Below, one piece after another: positions 51,963 through 64,000 of a stretch of 64,000 nt of DNA (position 1 is its first letter; every line of letters starts with the position of its first letter). The notes beneath the pieces were generated by a model, which ran no database searches, had not been told where the DNA came from, and was given only the letters and a program-made list of their open reading frames with translations. The DNA comes from Isurus oxyrinchus (lineage: Eukaryota). The stretch is from assembly GCA_026770705.1 (NCBI GenBank), contig JANJGN010000008.1, forward strand, positions 13,640,001 to 13,704,000. The letters run 5' to 3'. The translations under genes were made by a program, and so were the position numbers.

Positions 51963-52068
51963 ACCTCAGTCAGACTGTGCACAGACTCCTGCCTTCTGCA
52001 CCAGAGTGAACAGTCTTCAGTGCAGAGTGCTGCAAACCAGTGGAATTTGTGCGGACAAAGGCTCCAGA

Positions 52069-52169
52069 ATGTCAGTCGACGAACAGCAGAACTCTTTGCT
52101 GAATAACTCACAGCAGAATTTGATCAGTAATTCCAATGTGGAAGCCAGGACCACCGTTACGGGGCAGAG
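52069..52169 (+). CDS. CD74: MHC class II invariant chain, coding exon 1 (cytoplasmic tail)
   Basis: MSVDEQQNSLLNNSQQNLISNSNVEARTTVTGQ resembles mammalian MDDQRDLISN; donor AG|GTAAGA, phase 2, in frame with exon 2. Confidence 0.85.
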
Positions 52170-53414
52170 GTAAGATCAGCGCTCCAGCGATTCTTATTTT
52201 AAAATTCGTGCCGGTAAAGAAGTAAAAAGGCTTTTTCACCCTGTCAACAATTGAGTGGGTCTTTGCTGGCTGTTAGAAGATTGGAGTCTGTGAGGGTCCT
52301 GAGGATGTTACAGGGTAAGATTCTGCCACATCGTGTCAGGAATGATCTTTCTCCTTAACGCATTCTTGGGGCGTAAGGCATCGCAGGCTGGGCCAGCATT
52401 CATTGCCCATTCCTATCTGCCCCTCGAGAAGGCGGTGGTGAGCTGCCTTCTTGAACCGCTACAGCCCAAGTGGTGTATGTGGCACCCACAGCACTGTTAG
52501 GGAGGGAATTCCAGGATTTTGACCCGGCGGCAGTGAAGGAACGGCCAAAGTATTTCCAAGTCAGGATGGTGTGTTCTGCTCGGAAGATATAGTCACCAAG
52601 AATGTCTGCCCTCTCGGGTAGATGTAAAAGGTACATGTCCGGGCACCCATCAAAGAGGAACAGGGGAATTCTCCCCAGTGTCCTGAGCAATATTTATCCC
52701 TCAATCAACATCACACACACACATACACACACACACACACACACATCAAAAAACAACCTGGACGTTATTACATTACTGCTTGTGGGATCTTGCTGTGCCC
52801 AACTTAGTGGGTGCGTTCCCCACGTTACAACAGTTACTGTACTTGGAAAGTGCTTCATTTTCAGTAAAGCACTTACGGACAAACTGGGATCATGAAAAGA
52901 GCCACAGGAATGCACAACCCCTCTTTGTCTATAATTCTTGCACCCTTTGTATCAAAGTGCTCTCGAAATCAGTAAAGGTGTGTGCCAGGTTCTGGGAAAA
53001 AAAGGTGGCTCGGTGGCCACTGAGAGTCTTTATGCAATACGACCCATTCTACCTGTTTAAAGTTAGAAGATGGAACTTAACGGCAGGTCGATCAGAATCT
53101 GAAAAGCGTAAAGTGGAATCTGAGCTCAAAAGGTTTTTTTTTTGCTTGCTTTTTGAAGATTTGAGCATTTTTTTTTTCTTTTGTTTTAAATTTTGGAGTC
53201 TTCTGTGCCCCAGCCTCTCTGCTTTCAGATCTTTGTCTGTTCCTTAGATCTCCATCCTCTTTCCCTTTTGTACAACATCAAACCAGCAATGTTGAAAAGA
53301 AAGTTCTACTTATGTCTTGGCCAACCACCTCCCTGCCACTCAATTTTATGGTTTGCAAGTTTAAGCAGGATGTTCAACTTCACACACAAGCACTCGGACC
53401 ACACAGACTCAGAT

Positions 53415-53449
<35 letters not shown>

Positions 53450-53684
53450 CACAATCCCTCCACCAGAGGTCACTGATGAGCTGTGAGGACCTGCTTATGC
53501 CTGTTCTAACCTGTTTAACCAGGCTGATCTTATTGATCTGAGAACATCTTCATTTCCTCAAACATACCCCCTTCCTCTTGACCCCCAGAGATGTATTTTT
53601 CGCTTGTGACCCGGGGCAGTGAGTGTCAATACCAAAAATGGGGCACTGCAAAGTGAATTCAGTGCTGCGCTCACCTAATTTACA

Positions 53685-54170
53685 CAAGCACACAGACATA
53701 CACACTCACAGACCCACAAGATGGACACACACACACTCACAGACCACACACATGGACACGCACACACGCACAGACCACACACAGATGGACACGCACACAC
53801 GCACAGACCACACACAGATGGACACACACACACTCACAGACCACACACATGGACACGCACACACGCACAGACCACACACAGATGGACACGCACACACTCA
53901 CAGACCCAAACACCCAGACACACATACACGTACAGAACCACACAAATGGACAGGTGCACTTGTATGCACATACAGGCACACATATACACATATGGCACAG
54001 ACAACCACATACATGGGCACATGCACGTCGTTGACACGCACATAGACACACATACACACATACACACACACAGACAAATACACACATACGCACACACGTG
54101 TACACACAGACACAAAACGCCCACACATAAAGCACATACAGACACATAGACATACATGCACACACACAAA
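53685..54170. repeat. CA-rich cryptic microsatellite/minisatellite
   Basis: Units like CAGACCACACACAGATGGACACGCACACACGCA; explains the His/Thr and Cys/Val ORFs. Confidence 0.9.
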
Positions 54171-57100
54171 GCCCACCAACTGTGGGCATTAGCCAGGAAC
54201 AGAATCTTTAGCTGAGTTTGATTCTTTCTGCTGACCCAGGGTGCCTTTGGGCTTTATTTATTTTTAATCTTTAACCCCGTGGGTTTGGAAAGCTGTCAGT
54301 CACACCTAAGGTTAAGTTGCCGCCTCGTTTTGAACCCGAGTTCAGGTACGAACCAGGTTTCCTGGAGTCATCCAGTGTGGACAATTTCACATGTTTAACA
54401 AATTTTTTTTTTGAAGGACCTACAAACAGTTCACTTCTGGTTGAATTTTTGTTCATTTCTTTTTGCCGTTGTTCTAGAAGGGTTTCACATTGCAGTGTCG
54501 TATGGTTAAGGTGTTTGGATTTGGTTTGGGTACCCTGTACATTGGCTTGTAGCCCTTCAGATGAGCTGGGAGGGTGTGTATTCATCCATAGGCAAGAGTG
54601 CATTGGATCTACTTTGTATTAGCTTTGTCTGGTATTGAACGCAGGTTGTAGTGTTATTGACACCACACCTCTTCCCTGAAACTCGTTTTTTTCTCCCTCA
54701 GGCTTTGGTTAATACCAGGTTAGAATAAAATCAGGGATTCAGCTCCTAACAAGAACACAGCCATCAGAACCCGGAAGGGTTAATGTGAGCACAGTCCCCT
54801 AACCTGTGTCAAACAAAATGGCTGCCCTTCTACTCATTCTTTGAGATATTATTTTAATTGGGCCTGGGAAGCTATTGCCATGACATTTGTCCTCACAGAA
54901 TGTAGAGCAGTCATGTATAAGCCATTAGGAACAGTCCCAAGGTTATTTTTTCATTTGGGTATGTGCAGTGACCATTTTGTTTGAGAACTGTTATAGAGGA
55001 ATGGTTAACAACAAATAGCATTTCTAGACCCTAAAATGGCTGTTATTCTATCAGCAGGTGCAACATGGAAATTATGAAAACTAAGGGGTGTATAATAACT
55101 TAGTAATTATTTATCCAGTATAATAATTTGTTTTGCCTGGATGATCGCAGCTCCAACCACACTCAATAAATCTGACACCATCTAGGACAAAGCAGCTCAC
55201 TTGATTGGCACCCCATCCACAAACATTCACTCCCTCCACCACCAACGCACAATGTCAGCAGTGTGTCCCATCCACAAGATGCACTGCAGAAACTCACCAA
55301 GGCTGCTTTGATAGTATCTTCCAAACCTGCGACCTCTACCACCTAGAAGGACAAGGGAGCAGACACATGGGAACACCACCACTTGGGAGTTCCCCTCCAA
55401 GTCACTCACCATCCTGACTTGGAAATATATCGCCATTCCTTCACAGTCGCTGGGTCAAAATCCTGGAACTCCCTCCCTAACAGCACAGTGGGTGTACCTA
55501 CACCACAGGGACTGCAGCTGTTCAAGAAGGCAGCTCACCCACCACCTTCTCATGGGCAAATAGGGATGGGTAATAAATGCTGGCCTTGCCAATGATGCCC
55601 ACCTCCCATGAATGAATAAAAAAAGTAAAAAATCCTAATATAATGTTGAAAAGGGTTGAATTCAGCTGTGAAACTCATTGCGCAATCTTATTTTTGTTCC
55701 CCCTAACTCACAGTGATTTCCTGTATTTTGGATTTAGCTTCTCACACTTTCACCTTTCATTGCTCACTGAACAGAGGGAATCTTTATTCTCTCAGAGTTG
55801 GATTAGTGCGTTGGCCCCTGTGTGCTTATTCTGATAAGTATACAGCAATGAGGACAAGACGACTAACACTGGGGAAACACCTGGGGAGTGGAATTAAATT
55901 GGATCGCTCTTCCAAAGAGAGCTGGCACAGACGTGAAAGCCAAATGGCCTCCACTGCTGTAAAGTTGTAAGGTGATTCTGTAACCGGTGTAAGTATTCAA
56001 GTCAACCTTATGAGCTCATGGCGCTGGGATTAAATTCACAACCACCCCCCCTTCCCCGATCTGGTAGAACCAAATGCACCATGTCATAAAACTGGCTCAG
56101 TTTTCACTTTCTGTTGACTTTGTTGGAATGATGTGCCCTGTGATGAACGCACGATCCATCTGCAGATTACTGTCCACTGGGTGTGTGGTGGGCGTGGGGT
56201 GGGATGGTCCAATAGGTAACCCATTGGCAAACCCATTCTGTCTGGTTTGTCACCCAGGATGCTTCACCATTTCAAAATGATTTTCTTTCCCTTACCTCAT
56301 CTCATGAACTACTTTCCATGGTCTTTCTCAAGCAAGCACAACAGGAGAGAATAAAATGATCTTGTCATCGACTTCTTTGGACTGATACACAATGGCTGCT
56401 GCCTATAAGAGCAATCCCTAATTCATGCTGTGAAATGTTATTTTTCTGACATTTGATGAAATGCTACATAATTGTCGGATTAAAATTCGCGCTGGGATGT
56501 GAGCCAACACTTGCTGCCTATCCTGCGGTGAAAGAAAGACTTGCATTTCGATAGCACCTTTCACGATCTCCAGGTGCCCTTAGGCACTTTACAATCAATG
56601 AGCTGCTTTCTGAGCTGCTGTGGTGCAAGGACAGAAGAAATAGGAGCAGGAGAGACCATTCAGCCCATCGAACCTGCCCTGCCATTCAATACGATCGTGG
56701 CTGATCTTTGGCTTCAACTCCACTTTCCTGCCCAGTCTCCCTTAATTCCTCGAGACACCACAAATCTGTCCATCCCACAGCCTCAAACGTTTTCAATGGT
56801 GGGGCATCCACAACCCTCTGGGGTCGAGAATTCCAAATATTCACGTCCCTTCGAGTGAAGTAATTTCTCCTGATCTCAGCCCTAAATGATTGGCCCCCTC
56901 ACCCTGAGACTGTGCCCCATGTTTTAGATTCCCCCGAGCAGCAGGAACAATCCCTCAGCACCCACAGGAAATGCAGCTGCCATTTTTACACAGGATGCGA
57001 GGTCCCACTAAGAGCGCTGCGGTAGTGGTCAGGGTATCTGTTTTACTGATGTTGGTTAAACAATAAATATTGAGCAGGAAACTGGGGAGAACGTACCTAT

Positions 57101-57596
57101 TCTTGCTGTGAGTGTTACCTCCTGAGAGAAAGAAAACAAAAAGGGTTTCTTGCAATGACCTTGAATCACTTCAGTTACTCTTTGGTATGCAGTCCAGTGG
57201 AAGTTTCCAGAATTCCTGACTGTGATAACTTTACTTTCAGATAGGAGGGGATTCCCAATGTTATGGCTCAATTTTCAATAACATTCTTAGGAAAATAAAT
57301 CTGAGTCATTAGCACAACCGGAAACTCCCTCATATGTCTCAATGCAGCTCCCTGAACATGTCCCAGTCCAGAAACACCTCAAATTAACAATTCTCATTCT
57401 CCTGTTGAAGTAGCTCATGGTTTCCCCCTCCACATGATCACCCCCGGATCTCTCGGTAACCTCCTCTAGCCTACAACTCTCTGAGAGCTCTAACTGACCG
57501 TTGGCCCTTGTTACCACATTATTACCCATGTAAAAAGTCACCTGAAATGATACAGGGAGGATGATAGTTTAAACTGATACACAAGACATTAAAATG

Positions 57597-60500
57597 CAGT
57601 GATCATTATCCCTTGTTACCACAGTGACCATTGTCCCTTGTTTCCAGATCATTGCCCCTTGTTACCACAGTGACTATTGTCTCTTGTTTCCACAGTGACC
57701 ATTGCCCCTTGTTATCAGAGTGACCGTTACCCCTTGTTACCACAGTGACCATTACCCCTTATTATCAGAATGACCATTGCTCCTTGTTACCACAGTGACC
57801 ATTAACACTTGTTACCACAGTGACCATTTCCCCTTGTTTCCAGACCATTACCACTTGTTACCATAATGATCATTACCCCTTGTTATCAGAATGACCATTA
57901 CCCCTTGTTTCCACAGTGACTATTGCCCCTTGTTTCCAGACCATTACCCCTTGTTACCACAGTGACCATTACCCCTTGTTTCCAGACCATTACTCTTTGT
58001 TACCACAGTGACTATTGCCCCTTGTTACCACAGTGACCATTACCCCTTTTTATCAGAATGACCATTAACCCTTGTTACCACAGTGACCATTTCCCCTTGT
58101 TTCCAGACCATTACCACTTGTTACCATAGTGATCATTACCCCTTGTTATCAGAATGACCATTACCCCTTGTTTCCACAGTGACTATTGCCCCTTGATTCC
58201 AGACCATTACCCCTTGTTACCACAGTGACCATTACCCCTTGTTTCCAGACCATTACCCCTTGTTACCACAGTGACTATTGCCCCTTGTTATCAGAATGAC
58301 CATTACTCCTTGTTACCACAGTGACTATTACCCCTTGTTACCACAGTGACCATTACCCCTTATTATCAGAATGACCATTACCCCTTGTTACCACAGTGAC
58401 CATTTCCCCTTGTTTTCAGACCATTACTCCTTGTTACCATAGTGATCATTACCCCTTGTTATCAGAATGACCATTACCCCTTGTTTCCACAATGACTATT
58501 GCCCCTTGTTTCCAGACCATTACCCCTTGTTACCACAGTGACCATTGCCCCTTGTTACCACAGTGACCATTGCCCCTTGTTACCACAGTGACCATTGCCC
58601 CTTGTTACCACAGTGACCATTACCCCTTGTTACCACAGTGACCATTGCCCCTTGTTACCACAGTGACCATTGCCCCTTGTTACCACAGTGACCATTGACC
58701 CTTGTTACTATAGTGATCATTACCCCTTGTTATCAGAATGACCATTACCCCTTGATACCAAAGTGACCATTGCCCCTTGTTACCACAGTGACCATTACCC
58801 CTTGTTACCACAGTGACCATTACCCCTTGTTACTACAGTGACCATTGCCCCTTGTTACCACAGTGACCATTGCCCCTTGTTACCAAAGTGACCATTGCCC
58901 CTTGTTACCACAGTGACCATTAACCCTTGTTACCACAGTGACCATTTCCCCTTGTTTCCAGACCATTACCACTTGTTACCATTATGATCATTACCCCTGG
59001 TTATCAGAATGACCATTACCCCTTGTTTCCACAGTGACTATTGCCCCTTGTTTCCAGACCATTACCACTTGTTACCACAGTGACCATTACCCCTTGTTAT
59101 CAGAATGACCATTACCCCTTGTTTCCACAGTGACTATTGTCCCTTGTTTCCAGACCATTACCCCTTGTTACCACAGTGACCATTACCCCTTGTTTCCAGA
59201 CCATTACCCCTTGTTACCACAGTGACCATTACCCCTTGTTTCCAGACCATTACTCTTTGTTACCACAGTGACTATTGCCCCTTGTTACCACAGTGACCAT
59301 TACCCCTTTTTATCAGAATGACCATTAACCCTTGTTACCAAAGTGACCATTGCCCCTTGTTACCACAGTGACCATTGCCCCTTGTTACCACAGTGACCAT
59401 TACCCCTTGTTACTACAGTGACCATTGCCCCTTGTTACCACAGTGACCATTGCCCCTTGTTACCAAAGTGACCATTGCCCCTTGTTACCACAGTGACCAT
59501 TAACCCTTGTTACCACAGTGACCATTTCCCCTTGTTTCCAGACCATTACCACTTGTTACCATAATGATCATTACCCCTGGTTATCAGAATGACCATTACC
59601 CCTTGTTTCCACAGTGACTATTGCCCCTTGTTTCCAGACCATTACCACTTGTTACCACAGTGACCATTACCCCTTGTTACCACAGTGACTATTGGCCCTT
59701 GTTACCACAGTGACCATTACCCCTTGTTAGTACAGTGACCATTGCCCCTTGTTACCACAGTGACCATTACCCCTTGCTTCCAGACCATTACACCTTGTTA
59801 CCACAGTGACCATGACCCCTTGCTTCCAGACCATTATCCCTTGTTACCACAGTGACCATTACCTCTTGTTGCCAGACCACTGCTCCTTGTTACCACAGTG
59901 ACCATTGTCCCTTGTTACCACAGTGACCATTACCCCTTGTTACCACAGTGATCATTACCCCTTGTTATCAGAATGACATTTACCCCTTGTTACCACAGTG
60001 ATCATTACCCCTTGTTATCAGAATGACCATTACCCCTTGTTACCACAGTGATCATTACCCCTTGTTATCAGAATGACCATTACCCCTTGTTACCACAGTG
60101 ACTATTGCCCCTTGTTACCACAGTGACCATTACCCCTTGTTACCACAGTGATCATTACCCCTTGTTATCAGAATGACCATTACCCCTTGTTACCACAGTG
60201 ATCATTACCCCTTGTTATCAGAATGACCATTACCCCTTGTTACCACAGTGATCATTACCCCTTGTTATCAGAATGACCATTACCCCTTGTTACCACAGTG
60301 ACTATTGCCCCTTGTTACCACAGTAACCATTACCCCTTGTTACCACAGTGATCATTACCCCTTGTTATCAGAATGACCATTACCCCTTGTTACCACAGTG
60401 GCTATTGCCCCTTGTTACCACAGTGACCATTACCCCTTGTTACCACAGTGACCATTGCCTGTTGTTACCACAGTGACCATTACCCCTTGTTTCCAGACCA

Positions 60501-60636
60501 TTACCCCTTGTTACCACAGTGATCATTACCTCTTGTTACCACAGTGTCTATTGCCCCTTGTTTCCAGATCATTACCCCTTGTTACCACAGTGACCATTAA
60601 CCCCATTCTTATCACAGTGACCATTACCCCTTGTTA
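57597..60636. repeat. ~3-kb minisatellite of 25/21-bp units in CD74 intron 1
   Basis: Units ACCATT(A/G)CCCCTTGTTACCACAGTG, ...TTGTTATCAGAATG and ...TTGTTTCCAG; roughly 120-130 units estimated from length. Confidence 0.97.
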
Positions 60637-61528
60637 GCACTAACTGATTGGAGGATTCCTTGAGACTTTCTGGCTCCTATGTGACTCTCAGTGAGGTCCA
60701 CAAAACTTGAATCCTAGAAACACAAAGTAAATTGGTCAAATTCTCAGATAATTCACAAATTCAGTTAACTAAATATATTTGGAATAAATTGTTAATCTCA
60801 TTCTTAGTGATCATAAACCTATCAAATTGTCATTAAAAAACCCATCTGGTTCACTAATGCCCTTTAGGGAAGGAAATCTGCCTCCATGCGACTCCAGACC
60901 CACAGCACAGACTCTTAACTGCCCCCTGAAATGGGCCAACAAGCCGCAGTGGTGGCTCACCACCACCACCTGCTCAAAGCCAATTAAGGATAGTCAATAA
61001 ATGCTGGCCTCACACTCCAAGAACAAATATAATAAAAACAGTCCTGGAAGCAAGACGGAGGACAGTCAAGAGGCTGATTGCTAGTGTTAGATGATTGAAC
61101 TATAAAGAAAGGTTAGGAAGTTAAAAAAAACAGGAGGGGATCTTAATAGGGTCACCTGCCTTGCCTTGCAAGGTTGTCCTGATCTCTTGGAATGGTGGAT
61201 TAATCTCCAGGACACCGCTAGGAGCAACTCAAAGCAGCAGTAAGTGCAATTATTTCATCTTAGCAGTCACAAAATTGTTGGAGATGGTGGGGGAGCAGTG
61301 AAGGTTGTTCGGGTGACAATCAGGTGATGGCAAATCTGTTGACTTCCCCATTGGCTGTGGGAAGAATGGGAATGTGGGCTGAGCGGCTGGGGGGTGGGGG
61401 GGGGGGTGTGGGTAGAAGATTATGTAATGAAAGGTCAAGGAATACATCCAGCCAGAGTTTGGCAAGCCTTTTGATCTCAGACAGCATTACGATATTTCTC
61501 CATTTGACCTGTCCGGTCTATATTTCAG

Positions 61529-61707
61529 CAGCAGGAAATGCTCTCGAAGCCTCCTTTGGGGTGGAGTGACTGTGTTGGCGGCCATGCTCATTGCTGGGCA
61601 AGTTGTCAGCGTCATGTTCTTGCTGAAGCAACAGGACAAGATAACGGACCTGCAGAAGACAACTGATCGAATCGAAAACAAGTACTCATCAAGCCGGAGC
61701 CCAGTCA
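61529..61707 (+). CDS. CD74: MHC class II invariant chain, coding exon 2 (type II TM anchor)
   Basis: SRKCSRSLLWGGVTVLAAMLIAGQVVSVMFLLKQQDKITDLQ aligns with human [40 protein letters not shown]; donor GTACGT at 61708 (alternative GTCAGT at 61704); later exons lie beyond the window. Confidence 0.92.
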
Positions 61708-63027
61708 GTACGTACATCTTCCTCCCTTTCGGTTCAATTGTTTTGATTAAAGCCCAAATAAATCTGAGCCCCCTCAAGGCAGAACAATGTAACATCCGCC
61801 AGACAGTGAGTTGATTGAAAGCAAACTGTTGTGTATTTTATATTCCAGAGTTATGCAGAGATGACACTAGTTTCTAAGTGTGCAGCGTATTTGCAGCGTT
61901 TTAGTTAATACTTGAAAATCTCTCTCAGCTCTCGGTTGTGCTAGCTCTTTCTACAGTTTGTTTATTTTCCTCTGAGTCAACACCCAGGCTTAACCAGTCT
62001 AGCACAGTGAGCATCAATAGCAAATAGACGCACATAATCAAACACCGAATAATCGAACACTGCACAAACAAAGTTAGCGACAGTAATCTGATGCGAAGCT
62101 AAATCAAAACCAACCTCTACAACATGAAAGATCCCCAAGTTTGATTTAAAAAAGAACCCTCCAGGTGCGTTCTTGGGGAACATCCCTTTATGGTGTGTAC
62201 AGTTAACTGGAGAGACCAGGGAAGCCGGGGAGTTGTTCACCTTAGAGCAGAGAATGTTAAGAAGAGATTTAACGGAGGCGCCCAAAATTATGACTGGTTT
62301 TGATAGAGAAAGTCGGAGAAATTGTTTCTTTGGAAAGTGCTTTGTTGTCACATAGTTACCCAGTAGGTACAGCACAGAAACAGGCCATTCAGCCCAAAGG
62401 CTCCCTGCTGATGTATGTGCTGTACACAAGCCTCCTCACACCATTCTTCATCCAGCCACATCAACATATCCTTCCATTTCTTTCGCCCTCATGTGCTTAT
62501 CTAATTTTCCCTTAAATGCATCTATGCTATCACTCCACATAGTATTGAGCTCCACATTCGCTCTTCTCCCTGGGTCAGGAATGGTCTCCTGACTTCTCTA
62601 TTGGCTTTAATAGTGACTTTCTTATATTTATGACACCCAGTTTTACTGGCAAGTAGAACCAATGATGCCTACCCTATCAACACTTTCGTAATCTTAAATG
62701 GCTCTATCAGGTGACCCCACAGCTTTCCCAGTCTGGTAACCAACAGGTTTAAAACAATTGGCAAAATAACCAGAGAGAAGATAAGGTGCAAATGTTTCAC
62801 ACTTTTAAGGCACAGCAGATGGTAAATGCTGAGCTGCTCAAATCCTAGAAGGAAACTTGAAACAGCTGCCACAGCTGTTTTGCAATTTGTATTTTGATTT
62901 CGAGATGTGTGCCCTTAAATTCAGTGGTAATAAATCCACTGAGTCTTAAAGAGTTTTTTTTTTACAAAACTAAAACATTTATTAATAAAAGAAATATTTT
63001 TTAGGCAAATACATAAGTCTATAAATT

Positions 63028-64000
63028 AGAACAAAGAACAAAGAAAAGTACAGCACAGGAACAGGCCCTTCGGCCCTCCAAGCCTGCGCCGATCATATTG
63101 CCCGTCAACTAAAACATTTTGCATTTCCAGGGTCCGTATCCCTCTATTCCCATCCTATTCCTGTATTTGTCAAGCTGCCTCTTAAACACCACTATTGTAC
63201 CTGCTTCCACCACTTCCTCTGGCAGCGAATTCCAGACACTCACTACCCTCTGCGTAAAAAACTTGCCCCGCACATCTCCTCTATAGTTTTCTCCTCTCAT
63301 CTTAAATCTATGTCCCCTAGTAATTGACTCTTCCACCCTGGGAAAAAGCTTCTGACTATCTATCTGTCCATGCCACTCGTAATTTTGTAAACTTCTATCA
63401 AGTCGCCCCTCAATCTCCGTCGCTCTAGTGAGAACAATCTGTGTTTCTCCAAACTCTCCTCATAGCTAATAACTCCAGACCAGGCAGCATCCTGGTAAAC
63501 CTCCTCTGCCCCCTCTTCAATGCCTCCATATCCTTCTGGTAATGTGGTGACCAGAATTGCACGCAATATTCCAAGTGTGGCCTAACCAAGGTTCTATACA
63601 GCTGCAGCATGACTTCCCGGCTTTTATACTCAATACCCCTGCCAAAGAAGGCAAGCATGCCATATGCCTTCCTGACTACCTTATCCACCTGTGTTGCCAC
63701 TTTCAGTGACCTGTGGACCTGTACACCCAGATTCCTCTGCCCGTCGATGCACTTAAGGGTTCTGCCATTCACTATATAATTCCTGCCTATATTAGACCTT
63801 CCAAAATGCATTAACTCGCATTTGTCTGGATTAAACTCCATCTGCCCTTTCTCCACCCAAGTCTCCAACCGATCTATACCCCGTTGTATCCTTTGACAAT
63901 CTGCAACTCCTCCAATCTTAGTGTCATCTGCAAACTTGCTAATTAGCCCACTTACAATTTCCTCCAAATCATTTATGTATACCACAAACAGCAAAGGTCC
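63028..64000 (-). mobile_element. CR1-clade LINE 3' part (runs off the window)
   Basis: YINDL..KFADDTKIG, LVRPHLEYCVQFWSP; 8-bp tail repeat AGAACAAAGAACAAAG at 63028. Confidence 0.9.

Noticed and set aside
51949-52068. N-terminal extension of CD74 (p35-like)
   Set aside because: Starts at a GTG overlapping the likely core promoter; no ATG and no Arg-based ER-retention motif
53623-54189. His/Thr-rich and Cys/Val-rich ORFs
   Set aside because: Translation artefacts of a CA-rich repeat
57597-60636. CACAGTG (RAG recombination-signal heptamer) in most minisatellite units
   Set aside because: No ACAAAAACC-like nonamer at 12- or 23-bp spacing, and no V/D/J segments nearby
57597-60636. CRISPR-like appearance of the repeat array
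   Set aside because: No unique spacers, no cas genes, eukaryotic intron context

Overview
Vertebrate genomic DNA, very likely from a cartilaginous fish (inferred from shark-type CR1/L2 LINEs, DeuSINE/MetaSINE-like SINEs, Penelope-like and Harbinger elements). Two real genes lie on the + strand in the RPS14-CD74 arrangement known from mammals. RPS14 is complete: a 5'TOP non-coding exon 1 plus four coding exons giving 151 aa. CD74 (MHC class II invariant chain) is present as exons 1-2 only. Nearly all other ORFs in the track are transposon fragments or noise. Main unexpected signals: (1) five dispersed copies of an S-X1-X2-(inverted Y) MHC-II-type enhancer module, with invariant 16-bp S-X spacing, 16-26 kb upstream of CD74, whose proximal promoter shows NF-kB and PU.1 sites but no recognisable SXY; (2) one E3/SNORA63-like H/ACA snoRNA in each of the four RPS14 introns; (3) a ~3-kb minisatellite in CD74 intron 1 whose unit resembles an RFX X-box; (4) a recent 152-nt copy of RPS14 exon 3 inside intron 2, plus other short local templated insertions; (5) minimal hammerhead ribozymes at Penelope-like element ends. 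Family names and rRNA numbering come from memory and were not database-checked. Repeat boundaries are approximate unless a TSD is given.
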